In this document: one piece after another, positions 46,430-56,058 of the stretch
Position numbering within the stretch: the first letter of the stretch is position 1
Layout of the letters: the number at the start of each line of letters is the position of its first letter
Assembly: GCA_963710755.1 (NCBI GenBank)
Contig: CAVQBK010000002.1
Span: 160,001-224,000 of the forward strand
Direction of reading: 5' to 3'
Source: an uncultured bacterium
GTDB taxonomy: Bacteria; Oederibacteriota; JAAXVQ01; JAUVAV01
DNA: 64,000 nucleotides
Program-made: the position numbers and the translations under genes
The notes under the pieces: generated by a model
Seen by the model: the letters and a program-made list of their open reading frames with translations, nothing else
What the model was told of the DNA's origin: nothing
The model's database searches: none

Positions 46430-47056
46430 TTATTCAAAGACCAGGGCTGTGGGCCGAATCCATTTATCTCCAACCATGACCCATTGCCCCTGGCGCAATT
46501 CAAAATAAAAAGTAACCGGTTGCCAAACATAAGTCTCTTTCACCGCATCATCAAGGTGATAGGTAATCTGCAGTTCATAATGAGCGGCTGTATGTTTTTT
46601 ATTTTCGTATTTGATATCCACCTTAGTCTCATCGGTTTCCATCAGCAACTCTTCCGGAAAACGTGAAGGCAAACGATGTTTCATCTGCTCGCGCCCCCAA
46701 TCCAGTTTTTCAGGGAGCATTTCTTTGACCATGACTTCAAACTGGCCGGCCACTGCCGGTTCAACTTGCATGGATTTAGGCTTGTTGGCCTCTGGTTCCA
46801 ACAATCTCATGACAGCCCTGGTGCCCCAGAATAAGGTTAGTGCCCCAGCCACCACATAAAAGGTCATAAGCCAGAAACGCCTGGACCTGCTCAGGCTGTG
46901 CAAGATCGTCAAGAGTTGGCGGCCTTTGCCATTTTGTGCAGGCAATGGCCCGGGAGCGCCGGCTTCTACTGTATTCGGGTTAACCGTTTTTCCACAAAGA
47001 GAACAGATGACCGCTTCATCATCCAGCGGTTGGCCACAGTGAGGACATGATTGCAT
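46430..47056 (-). CDS. hypothetical zinc-ribbon membrane protein
   Basis: N-terminal CPHCG...CSLCG, one TM helix, soluble C-domain; GGGAG RBS and own TTGACT-17-TAGGCT promoter. Confidence 0.7.
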   Translation of the reverse strand: MQSCPHCGQPLDDEAVICSLCGKTVNPNTVEAGAPGPLPAQNGKGRQLLTILHSLSRSRRFWLMTFYVVAGALTLFWGTRAVMRLLEPEANKPKSMQVEPAVAGQFEVMVKEMLPEKLDWGREQMKHRLPSRFPEELLMETDETKVDIKYENKKHTAAHYELQITYHLDDAVKETYVWQPVTFYFELRQGQWVMVGDKWIRPTALVFE

Positions 47057-47244
47057 AGGCTTTCTCCCTTTTGGGCAGCATTAAGGACTTAACTTAACTA
47101 AGACGGCAAAGCTGGGAAGGCCGTTGCTCACGCATACCCGTACCGGGCCCAGGCAGCCCAAAGGGTACAAAGTTGCAGATGTTATGAAACTGACCTCTTA
47201 TTATTAAGTTTAGCCTATGGATACAGCTGATGCAAGTCAAGGTC

Positions 47245-48297
47245 TTAACGGACTCTTTTTAATTTCCATAATTCAAAAGCTTTGACCAGGACCTCATCAA
47301 CGGTTAAGTCATCCAGGCAGGTACGGGCAGGTTGGCTGCATTTTTCCTGATGACAGGGACGGCAAGGCACATCGCGATAAATGGCCACATGAAAGGGTGA
47401 TTTGGGATTATTGTTGATGAAATCAGTGGGTCCGTAACAGATCAAGGTGGGCACTTGAAAAGCTTCCGCAAAATATTTGGGACCCGAGTCATTGCCAATG
47501 AACAGCGCAGCCCCGCTGATGGCGGCCGCCGCCTGACGCAGGGGAAAGTTGATCATCTTCACCACCGGATGGGTCATAGCCGCAGCACAGGCCTCAATTA
47601 AACCAGCTTCCGCCTCGGTTCCTGAAAGCACTATTTGGCAACCTGTTTCCTGAGCCAGGCGCTGTCCCACGGCGCCAAATTTTTCGGGTGCCCAACATTT
47701 TAAAGGCCAGCCGCCACCAGGAGAAATGATCACATAAGGCCGATGGCTGTCCCATTTTTGCACCTTTAGCTTGGCCGTGGCCTGGCGATGGTCCTCCTTG
47801 GAGAGAAAGAATTCCAGCTGTTGATCAGTTCCGGTCCAACCCAAGGTCCGGGCAAATTGCAAATTTAAGGCCACCACATAACGCTGTTCAGCCACAATGC
47901 GGTCATGGTAAAAATGACGCCGGACCCGCAAATTAAAGCCCATCCGCCGGGGCACACCCGCCATGGCGCCCCACAAAGCGGTGCGCAGGCTTCCATAAAG
48001 GTCGATATAAAGATCCACTTTTTTTTGTTTAATGGCCTGTACCATACGAAAATGATGCTGCGCCTGAGCCCAAGCGCCGCCTTGGCGCAAGGCTTGAACC
48101 GGATGGGCCCAAAAAGCATCCACCCGGGGATGATGAGCAAAGAGCTCGGCATAGGTCTCGTCGGCCACCATGGTCAGTTTGGCCTGCGGAAAGCGTTCTT
48201 TAAGCGCACGCAGCAAAGGAAAAGCCGTCAGCACATCGCCCAAAGCCCGTAGTTTGACCACCATGATTTCCTGAACAGTTAGTTCATCCCATTTCAT
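47245..48297 (-). CDS. GT9 (heptosyltransferase-like) glycosyltransferase
   Basis: LRALGDVL, PGGGWPLKCW, GNDSGP, CRPC. Confidence 0.9.
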   Translation of the reverse strand: MKWDELTVQEIMVVKLRALGDVLTAFPLLRALKERFPQAKLTMVADETYAELFAHHPRVDAFWAHPVQALRQGGAWAQAQHHFRMVQAIKQKKVDLYIDLYGSLRTALWGAMAGVPRRMGFNLRVRRHFYHDRIVAEQRYVVALNLQFARTLGWTGTDQQLEFFLSKEDHRQATAKLKVQKWDSHRPYVIISPGGGWPLKCWAPEKFGAVGQRLAQETGCQIVLSGTEAEAGLIEACAAAMTHPVVKMINFPLRQAAAAISGAALFIGNDSGPKYFAEAFQVPTLICYGPTDFINNNPKSPFHVAIYRDVPCRPCHQEKCSQPARTCLDDLTVDEVLVKAFELWKLKRVR

Positions 48298-48336
48298 TGT
48301 TTGCCCATACCTGCCCTGTAAATTCTAAATACTTTA

Positions 48337-48443
48337 TCACAGCAAGGTGGGAAGCACAGGAAGAAGATCAAAATAGTTTTTATATTTAGGATCTATTAAT
48401 AATATCTTAGATCTTTCCTACCGTGCTTCCCGCCTTCCTGTGA
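48337..48443. repeat. long imperfect inverted repeat with AT-rich spacer
   Basis: TCACAGCAAGGTGGGAAGCACAGGAAGAAGATC (48337-48369) pairs with GATCTTTCCTACCGTGCTTCCCGCCTTCCTGTGA (48410-48443). Confidence 0.7.
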
Positions 48444-48499
48444 AATATTTTTTCAGTTATGATGCTCTAAAAAAAACGCAGCTCTTGCCGGCATAAGAC

Positions 48500-50773
48500 C
48501 TAAACGGTGTCCTTATTTTTTTTATCATGGGGTTCTTTCTTTTTTATCACCTGCTTGAGCAGATCCATGATTCCGTCCGGGGTTACTTCCATCCAGCAAG
48601 CCAGCTCATTGCATACATCTTTATGGCAGGGCCAACAAGCCGGTGCGGCATGCACCGCCCGGTGTCCTGATTTCTCTGGATAAGGAAACCAAATAGCCGG
48701 ATCACTGGGGCCGAACAACCCGATGGTGGGCGTACCAGCTGCCGGGCCTAAATGCATGGGAAACGCATCATTGGACACCACGGCTGCGCACCGGCGCCAC
48801 AAGGCGGCCAAACGGCTGGGCGGCAAGCCTTCCACGCTTAAAGAAAGCTTGCCGGCTGCGTGCATGTAATCCAGTTTCAGCTCTTTTTCCAAAGGTCCGA
48901 AAACAAAAATACATTTCATGCCCAGTTCTTTGGGTGTGCGCTGGGCCAGCTCCAAAAAGTTTTTAAGCGGCCACCGTTTGGCTTGGTGGCTGCCACCGGC
49001 AAACAGCCCGATAATTTTCCCCGGCGTGACCTGCCGTTCTTTCAGGAAGCTGGTGATCCATAAATCATCTTCCTCGGTGATCACCCAGCGTGGCCGTAAT
49101 GACAATTGACGCATGCCAAAAGTTCTTAAAATATCATAAAACGATTCCCAGGCCGGCCGGACGCCCGGCTGATCAGCTTCGGTACGATAATCATAGAGCA
49201 GATCCCAAGCTGTGACCTTGGGTCCGATCCGGAAGCGTGCGCCGCTGACCAACGTCAGCAGGACCGTGCGGGGATTGCCGAAAAGATCACAGACCGCATC
49301 ATAATTTTGTTGGCGCAGAGTCCTGACCATGTTCCACCATGCCAAGAGTCCTTGCCTGGGCAAAGAGTAGACATGATCCCACAACGGCTCCCCTGCCGAC
49401 GCCCCCACGGAAGAAGGCTCCGTTAACAAGTCCACCCGGCTTCCGGGATAATCCCGTTTGACCAGACGGGCTACAGGAGAGGCCAGCAGCACGTCCCCGC
49501 GAAAACGGGGGCGCAAAAATAGAAGATTTGGTTTTTCCGGCAAACGCCATACCGGACCTGGCCCTGCATTCTCAAAATAAGCCGGCAGTAAGCCGCTTAG
49601 AAAATAAACAATGGTGATGACCTGGGAAGTCCCAAAATTGAATTCAAACAACCCATTAATCAGGAATCCCAGCATACCGGCGGTAATGCCCAGCACCACA
49701 GCTGCCTGATCGGGCTTTTGCTGCCGCAGGCGTTGCCAAGCAGCATAGCCATAAAGCAGCAGCACAATCATCCACCACAAGTACAGGCCTGCAGCTAACA
49801 AACCGCCATTGATGGCCATTTGCAGGATGGTGTTGTGTACATGCGGAGGCCGCTGTTCAATGGCTTTGGGGTTGGCTACCGGTCCGTAGTGCACCGATAA
49901 ATTGTCTACCCCATACCCGCGCAAGGGGCGCTGCTTGATCAGCTTCAAGGCGCTTACCCACATAAAGCGGCGCTCCACATTGCTCGATTGGTATTTGGAG
50001 TTGATGGAAAACACCCGTTGAGCTACAGGTGTATGTGGAAACAGGGCCAACAACATTACGGCCACGGCTAACAGGAGAGCAGGTAAACGCCAATTCTTCA
50101 GGGCGCCCACCACCAGCAAGGCCACGGCTGCGCCGATCCAGGAAGAGCGGGTATAGGTGAAAACCAGTGCCAGGCCCAACACCAAGGAAAGTCCCAAATA
50201 ACGCCAAGGGCGAACTTTTTTGGCATATAAGAAACGACTGACACTAATAACCAGACTAAGCATGTACATCCCACCGGCAGCCATATAATCACCGGAAAAG
50301 GAATGAGCCCGGCCACCATCCCAACCCAACAGATGGCTGATGATGGACCAAACCGCGCAGATGCCGGCGCCCACGAGAAAAAGGTTTACGGCGCGATCGG
50401 CTTTTAAGGGATGGCGAATCACATTGGCGGTCATGAAAAAAATAAGCATAAGCCCGACCTTGCGCACGCCGAAAAGACTGCTATTAAGCCTTCCTTCCCA
50501 AAGCGAAGCGCCGATCAGGACGACCGCCAGCAGGATCAAGGGCCAATTGATGGGTGTTTTAATAAAAAAAGGTCGTCTTGTAAGCAGCACCCACACCACC
50601 CAGGCCGCCAGACCTAAATAGATGATATTTTGCATACTGATACTGGCCACCGCTACGAGGGCAAAAAAAGGAACGCTCCAGCGGGCAATCCGTTCTGTGA
50701 TCAACGCCCAAGCTGCGCTTTTGGGCGTGAGTTGGGAAGATTGGTCCGGGACGGTATCCGACTCTTGGTTCAT
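48500..50773 (-). CDS. O-antigen ligase (WaaL/Wzy_C) fused to a C-terminal GT9 domain
   Basis: Multi-TM N-half with TYTRSSW, SNVERRFMW, GYG, HVHNTILQ; C-half RFRGDVLL, AKRWP, SNDAFPMHL, CWPC; ATGA coupling to upstream gene puts start at 50773. Confidence 0.85.
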   Translation of the reverse strand: MNQESDTVPDQSSQLTPKSAAWALITERIARWSVPFFALVAVASISMQNIIYLGLAAWVVWVLLTRRPFFIKTPINWPLILLAVVLIGASLWEGRLNSSLFGVRKVGLMLIFFMTANVIRHPLKADRAVNLFLVGAGICAVWSIISHLLGWDGGRAHSFSGDYMAAGGMYMLSLVISVSRFLYAKKVRPWRYLGLSLVLGLALVFTYTRSSWIGAAVALLVVGALKNWRLPALLLAVAVMLLALFPHTPVAQRVFSINSKYQSSNVERRFMWVSALKLIKQRPLRGYGVDNLSVHYGPVANPKAIEQRPPHVHNTILQMAINGGLLAAGLYLWWMIVLLLYGYAAWQRLRQQKPDQAAVVLGITAGMLGFLINGLFEFNFGTSQVITIVYFLSGLLPAYFENAGPGPVWRLPEKPNLLFLRPRFRGDVLLASPVARLVKRDYPGSRVDLLTEPSSVGASAGEPLWDHVYSLPRQGLLAWWNMVRTLRQQNYDAVCDLFGNPRTVLLTLVSGARFRIGPKVTAWDLLYDYRTEADQPGVRPAWESFYDILRTFGMRQLSLRPRWVITEEDDLWITSFLKERQVTPGKIIGLFAGGSHQAKRWPLKNFLELAQRTPKELGMKCIFVFGPLEKELKLDYMHAAGKLSLSVEGLPPSRLAALWRRCAAVVSNDAFPMHLGPAAGTPTIGLFGPSDPAIWFPYPEKSGHRAVHAAPACWPCHKDVCNELACWMEVTPDGIMDLLKQVIKKKEPHDKKNKDTV

Positions 50774-51498
50774 CGCTTCCTCCAAGCACGGTATTTAAGA
50801 TACCACGGTGATACTTTGCGTTTAAAATCCATGAGTTGATCTGACCCCTTCACATAAATACGCCGCAGGGCCCAGGGATCCTCAGTCACTGAGGCTGTGC
50901 CCGGCGAAATAGCGCAGGCTGTCTCGTAGCCCGCCTTTTTTACTTCGGCACGGGCATTTTTATCCCAGGCACCGTAAGGATAGCAAAAACTCTTAATCGC
51001 GCAGTCAAAAAGCTGCTCCAAGGTGATCTTGGAGCCTTTGACCTCATCCTTCAAAGCTATCGGCTCCATTTCCGGCAACGATTGATGGGTCAAGCCATGG
51101 GACCCCAGCTCCCAGCCGTCATCTACCAAGTGCTGACAGGATCTTCGGTCCATACAAGGCAGAATGGGTACTGACTGGTGCTGGTCCCAAAGATTGTGCT
51201 TGCCTAAAGCATGGGGCACTAAGAAAACGGTAGCTGTAAAGCCATGTTGGTCCAGGACGGGTTTGGCAAGATCAGCCACGCTCTGATAGCCATCGTCAAA
51301 AGTGATGACCACCGGTCTCGACGGTAATTCATCCTTTTCTTGCAAAAATGCCGCCAGACGCTCCATGGAAACCGTGTTATAACCCTTGCGTTTTAACCAC
51401 GCCATTTGACGCTCAAAGGCCTTAATCGAGACCACCAGATCCGAGTGGACTGAGCCCTCAGCCTGGAGATGATGGTACATTAAAATAGGTATATTCAT
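50770..51498 (-). CDS. polysaccharide deacetylase (NodB/CE4)
   Basis: PILMYH, TFDDGY, GSHGLTH, FCYPYG. Confidence 0.92.
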   Translation of the reverse strand: MNIPILMYHHLQAEGSVHSDLVVSIKAFERQMAWLKRKGYNTVSMERLAAFLQEKDELPSRPVVITFDDGYQSVADLAKPVLDQHGFTATVFLVPHALGKHNLWDQHQSVPILPCMDRRSCQHLVDDGWELGSHGLTHQSLPEMEPIALKDEVKGSKITLEQLFDCAIKSFCYPYGAWDKNARAEVKKAGYETACAISPGTASVTEDPWALRRIYVKGSDQLMDFKRKVSPWYLKYRAWRKR

Positions 51499-51734
51499 GA
51501 TCCCTCAGTCGCCCTGCGCTGTTATAAAAACAGCCTTTTGTAATAAGCTCTGCTGTCCCCCTCAGACCCGGTGACGCTCGGTAAGCCCCCCCTGCAACAC
51601 CCTGGGCAGACTTTATCCCTGGGTAAAGGCGGAGCCGTTGCACGGTAAAAAGCTTGAATAAACCAGGAAGATTAGCATAATTCCACTAAAAACGGAAGGC
51701 TTTAAGCGCATTTTTTATCGGTTAACCCTTGGAC

Positions 51735-52736
51735 TCAAAGCCCCAACCCTTTAAAGTGATCCTTAGCTTTCTCCAGGACCTTGGTGGGATCAAGGTCTGC
51801 CACCACGCCGCTTGGAGAAATGATCACCTCATGCTGCTGCCGGTCATAGGGATGCCATTCAGCCAGAGGCTCGTCAGTCCACAGGGTCAAGGTGGGTGTG
51901 CCCAGGGCACAGGCCATGTGCTTGGGCCCCGAGTCCGCAGTAACCATGCCGGCAGCCTGTTTGATCAGGGCTGCCGCTGCTTTGAGACTGCCTTGAAATA
52001 CAGCCAAATGATCACCCAGCACTTGTTGAACCTCTGCTGTCAGGATTTTTTCCTGCGGTCCGGCCAGTAGTACCCAGGGCACCGGACTTTCGTGCCTGGC
52101 CAATTGGACAAAGCGGATCACCGCAGCAGCAGGCCAGCGTTTTCTGGCCGTGCCGGCGCCGGGAGCCAACAGCATAAATGGCCGGGAGCTGTCCAGATGC
52201 CGGTGTTTTAAAAAAACCTGCATTTCCTGTTCCGCTGCAGTGGTCAACCTCAAGGTTAATGAGGACGCCCCGGGGGTGATGCCCAAGGCCCGTACTGCAT
52301 CCAAGTCGCGTTCTATGCTGGACTTGGCTTCTTTGCGGGCAGTGATGGGGATGGTGCCAAAATAATTGCGGCCGCTATGATTGTGCACCACCCGCTGGGC
52401 ACAGCCGGAAAGCCAGGCCAGCAAAGCTGTCCGGAAAGAGGCATGCAAGGCCACCACCAGATCAAAACGGGCTTGTCTCAATTGGAGCAGAAACCGCAGG
52501 TAGGTGATGGGGCCCATATGCTTATCAAAACACCAGATACGGTCCACATCAGGATTATCAGCGAGCATGGGGGCGGCCGCAGGACTGACCAAGGCGGTGA
52601 TGGTTGCCTGAGGAAAGGCTTGGCGCAAGCTGGCACAGGTTGGCGTGGCCAGGAGGGTATCCCCGAGAGCGCGAATTTTTATAATCAAAATACGGTGATA
52701 ATCCATGGAACGCTGGGTTTTCCTAGTTCTTTTCAT
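51735..52736 (-). CDS. GT9 glycosyltransferase
   Basis: IRALGDTLL, PGAGTARKRWP, DSGPKHMA. Confidence 0.9.
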   Translation of the reverse strand: MKRTRKTQRSMDYHRILIIKIRALGDTLLATPTCASLRQAFPQATITALVSPAAAPMLADNPDVDRIWCFDKHMGPITYLRFLLQLRQARFDLVVALHASFRTALLAWLSGCAQRVVHNHSGRNYFGTIPITARKEAKSSIERDLDAVRALGITPGASSLTLRLTTAAEQEMQVFLKHRHLDSSRPFMLLAPGAGTARKRWPAAAVIRFVQLARHESPVPWVLLAGPQEKILTAEVQQVLGDHLAVFQGSLKAAAALIKQAAGMVTADSGPKHMACALGTPTLTLWTDEPLAEWHPYDRQQHEVIISPSGVVADLDPTKVLEKAKDHFKGLGL

Positions 52737-52742
52737 ACCAGC

Positions 52743-53759
52743 TCAAGCCCGGGCCGGCAGCAGGCGCTGCACTTGGGTCCATACCTGCTCCACGGTGATA
52801 GTTTGCATGCACTGCATATTTTTTAAAGGACATTCATTTTTAACGCAGGGAGCACAGCTCAACTGTTCGTTGCGGATATAAACGCTTTGGGATCCAAAGG
52901 GGCCGGTCACCCGGTGATCAGCCGCGCCTTGCAATACCAGCACCGGCACCTGCTGAGCATAGGCCATGTGCATGGCACCTGAATCATTGCTGATGACCAA
53001 ATCCAATTTCTCAATGACCGCCAGGCCCGTATCCAGATCGGTTTTGCCGGCCGTGATGATCACCTCGCCCCCGGCTTGTCGGGCTACCTGCTCAGCCAGG
53101 GGTAAATCAGCCGGTGACCCGAGCAGCACGACTTGCACCCCTTGGGCTTGAAGCAGGGTGGTCAGTTGGGCATAACGTTCCCAGGGCCAGCGTCTGCTGG
53201 GCGCTACCGAGCCGGGGGCCAAGCCTACCCTCACCCCAGTGGTGGCCGGCAACATGGTCTCAGCCGCAGCCTGAGCATGGCTGGAAGGTGCAGCAGCAAA
53301 ACCCCAGGCAGAGGCTGTTCCCGGATCGACCTTCAGGACACTCAACAGATGCAGATAACTTTGTGGCCTCGACCCCTGGCGCAGCGCTTTGGTCCAAGAC
53401 AGACCACGGGATAACAAAAGTGCCCGGCCTTGGGTACGGTAGCCAATGCGTTTGGGTATGGCAGCCCAAAAAGCCATCCAGGCGGCAGAGAAGGAATGAG
53501 GCAAAATCAGGACCACATCATACCGGCCCTGCCGCAGACGTTTGACTGTACTCAGCCAGGACCGTAACTTCCCGTGCCCATGGGAAGGTAATGGGATCAC
53601 CGTGGATACCTCAGGCAGGTTCTCCCATACTGCGGCCACCCAGGGTTTGGCCAAAATGTGGAGATCACATTGGGGCCAGCGTTTTTTTATAGCCTTGGCC
53701 AAAGGGGTGGCCATGATGGCATCACCCACCCAGTTGGGGCTTCTTAACAATAGTTTCAT
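52743..53759 (-). CDS. waaF: LPS heptosyltransferase II-like (GT9)
   Basis: PNWVGDAIM, PHSFSAA, SNDSGAMH, CAPC. Confidence 0.8.
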   Translation of the reverse strand: MKLLLRSPNWVGDAIMATPLAKAIKKRWPQCDLHILAKPWVAAVWENLPEVSTVIPLPSHGHGKLRSWLSTVKRLRQGRYDVVLILPHSFSAAWMAFWAAIPKRIGYRTQGRALLLSRGLSWTKALRQGSRPQSYLHLLSVLKVDPGTASAWGFAAAPSSHAQAAAETMLPATTGVRVGLAPGSVAPSRRWPWERYAQLTTLLQAQGVQVVLLGSPADLPLAEQVARQAGGEVIITAGKTDLDTGLAVIEKLDLVISNDSGAMHMAYAQQVPVLVLQGAADHRVTGPFGSQSVYIRNEQLSCAPCVKNECPLKNMQCMQTITVEQVWTQVQRLLPARA

Positions 53760-53812
53760 TTTTTTCCTATCTATCCATTCCTAAACCGGCAAAGCCGGAA
53801 TTAAATGCTATT

Positions 53813-53949
53813 TTTCATGCCAAGTTCGCGAAGGCGTCCCTTTATAATAACAGCTAACCAGTGGGGCAAAGAAAGATTAAAACCTTCAAAGGTTAGCTGC
53901 TTTATGTATCTTATGTTTATTTTGTTCTCCTTGCCGCCTTGACGTGAAA
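53813..53949. repeat. nested imperfect inverted repeat in intergenic region
   Basis: Outer TTTCATGCCAAGTTCGCGAAGG / CCTTGCCGCCTTGACGTGAAA; inner perfect CAGCTAACC (53851-59) / GGTTAGCTG (53891-99). Confidence 0.55.
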
Positions 53950-53993
53950 TGATTTTTTTTAAGAAACTTATCCGACCTTGATCCAGCAGGAGG

Positions 53994-54797
53994 CTATACT
54001 TTTTTAGCACGTTTAAACAAGGTTCTTAAGACCGGCAGGAGCTGCCCCTGCTGCTGATAAGCTTCCCAGACCTTGAGTTCCGTCACCAGCACATAGAGCG
54101 CGGAAAAACTGTGAAACATCCACCCTTCCGCGCCATCCTTAAAACCGCCTTGAAACAAGAAGGCTTTGATAAACCGGTGCAAGGGTTTGATCAATAAATC
54201 ATACCCCGTGGGATGGTGCTGTTTTTCCAGTAACCGCTGCGCTTCCACGGTGGTGTAGGTGTTGAGTTTTTGGAAGTAATGGGCAATATTACGATAGGAA
54301 TAATGCAGGATGTCGTGCTGCAGCCGCTCCACCGAGCCGTCCACCACAATCCCCCGATGCAGGCCGACTTCCGGATAACCGCCTTTTTGCCTTTTAAAAA
54401 AGCGCAGATGCAAATCAGGGTATAAATTGCCATGCTGAAGCCATTTGCCAAAGTGATAATTGCGAATGGGCACCCAATAGCCGTCGGCAGCCGCAGGCTG
54501 TGCAGCCACGGTCTTGATCTCACGAGCCAGCTCCTCGGTCACCCGCTCATCAGCATCCAGAATAAAAACCCAATCCCCGGTCAGGCAAGAGAGCCCAAAT
54601 ACACGGGCTGGTTCCGGATAGCCGTGATGACCTCGGAAGGTTTCAATACGCGCTCCGGCTTCGCGGGCCAAGGCCACCGTATTGTCCGTGCTTTCATTGT
54701 CCACCACCACCACTTCATCGGCAAAACTCAGGGACTTAAGGCAGGCCTCAATGTGGTAGGCTTCATTGTAAGTATGAACCACAGCGGAAATGGTCAT
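53994..54797 (-). CDS. GT2 glycosyltransferase (KdtX/WaaE-like)
   Basis: TYNE, STDNT, LDADE, HYSY. Confidence 0.9.
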   Translation of the reverse strand: MTISAVVHTYNEAYHIEACLKSLSFADEVVVVDNESTDNTVALAREAGARIETFRGHHGYPEPARVFGLSCLTGDWVFILDADERVTEELAREIKTVAAQPAAADGYWVPIRNYHFGKWLQHGNLYPDLHLRFFKRQKGGYPEVGLHRGIVVDGSVERLQHDILHYSYRNIAHYFQKLNTYTTVEAQRLLEKQHHPTGYDLLIKPLHRFIKAFLFQGGFKDGAEGWMFHSFSALYVLVTELKVWEAYQQQGQLLPVLRTLFKRAKKV

Positions 54798-55579
54798 GCC
54801 CGGCCTGTGATGGTCTTTAAATAAAACTGTTCATATGCTTTGACCATATCCTGCTTATTAAACATTTTGCGTACTTGATATTTGGCGCTCTCTCCCATCT
54901 GCATCCTTTTAAGGGGATTGCAAATGAGGTGGTAAATGGCATCAGCCATAGCACTGGCATTTTGCGCAGGCACCAACAGACCGGTTTCATTGTGTTTGAC
55001 GATTTCCGGCACACCACCTGCATTGGTGGCCACCACCGGCAGGCCGTGGGCCATGGCCTCCACCAGCACCAGGCCAAAAGGTTCGCAATCACTGGGCAGC
55101 ACGAAAATATCCAGCGCTGACATAAAGCGGCTCACCTCTTTCTGATAACCGGGAAAAAAGATAGCATTGAGGGCACGCAATACCCGGGCCCGCATGATGA
55201 TGGTGGTGGAATAGGACGAATCCTGACGATAAGCCTTGCCCCCCAGTAAAAATTTCACACTGGGGTTCCAGCGCATGATCATTTCTCCAGCAGCAATGAA
55301 TTGGGGGAAGCCTTTATTGGGCCGCCAAATGCCGGTGGTACCCACCACCGGCGCACCCACGTCAATGCCCAACTCCTCGCGCAGGCTGGAAGGAAATTCT
55401 TTTTCCACTTCCACATTGGTGGAGCAATAGATGCGTTCGGTTTTGGCTTCATCAATACCGTAACTTTGCACCAATCGTTTCACATAATCGGAAATGCAGA
55501 TAAAGGTATGGGTTTTATCGGCCATGCGGGCCATGTTGCGGGCCACGTATCCCGGCCGGTTCTTCATTTTCTCACTCAT
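54794..55579 (-). CDS. GT4 glycosyltransferase, C-terminal part
   Basis: NKG, EPFGLVLVEAM, GGVPEIV. Confidence 0.8.
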   Translation of the reverse strand: MSEKMKNRPGYVARNMARMADKTHTFICISDYVKRLVQSYGIDEAKTERIYCSTNVEVEKEFPSSLREELGIDVGAPVVGTTGIWRPNKGFPQFIAAGEMIMRWNPSVKFLLGGKAYRQDSSYSTTIIMRARVLRALNAIFFPGYQKEVSRFMSALDIFVLPSDCEPFGLVLVEAMAHGLPVVATNAGGVPEIVKHNETGLLVPAQNASAMADAIYHLICNPLKRMQMGESAKYQVRKMFNKQDMVKAYEQFYLKTITGRA

Positions 55580-55965
55580 GGGGCCACCAGCCAAACCATG
55601 GGAATTTTGGCCCAATGACAGGGATAGGCCGCCAATTTGGCTTCCTGTAAACCACTGACATGAACCAACTTAAATGGAATCTGCTTGATATAGCGATAAA
55701 ATTTCCAAAGCGCAGGAATGGACCGGTGGAGATTGCGCCATTTGGCTTTGGGAAAAGGGATGATTTTCGGCTCCAACCCTTTTTGCCTCAAGCTGTCCGC
55801 GAACAGGCCCTCTTCACAGCACACCACATAAGGCGTGAAGCGCGATCTGTCCAAGCCTTCGAGCAAGGTAAGCAAATGAATCTGTCCGCCGCCAATGGTC
55901 CCGTGGTAATTGACGAAAAGAATGGGATAGGGTTCCATGAGCTGCGTTTGGATGTTCTTGGACAT
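55576..55965 (-). CDS. GT4 glycosyltransferase, N-terminal part
   Basis: ILFVN...IGGGQIHLLTLLEGLDRSRF typical GT4 N-terminus; ends at ATGA overlap with the C-terminal part. Confidence 0.7.
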   Translation of the reverse strand: MSKNIQTQLMEPYPILFVNYHGTIGGGQIHLLTLLEGLDRSRFTPYVVCCEEGLFADSLRQKGLEPKIIPFPKAKWRNLHRSIPALWKFYRYIKQIPFKLVHVSGLQEAKLAAYPCHWAKIPMVWLVAP

Positions 55966-56058
55966 GGTAGAGTCCCTGCTTTTACTAAGGTGTGTCAGAG
56001 TTTAACAACAAACCGGCCTGGGATCAATGGAGAAATGACCCTCCCGGACGGTGGCGCG

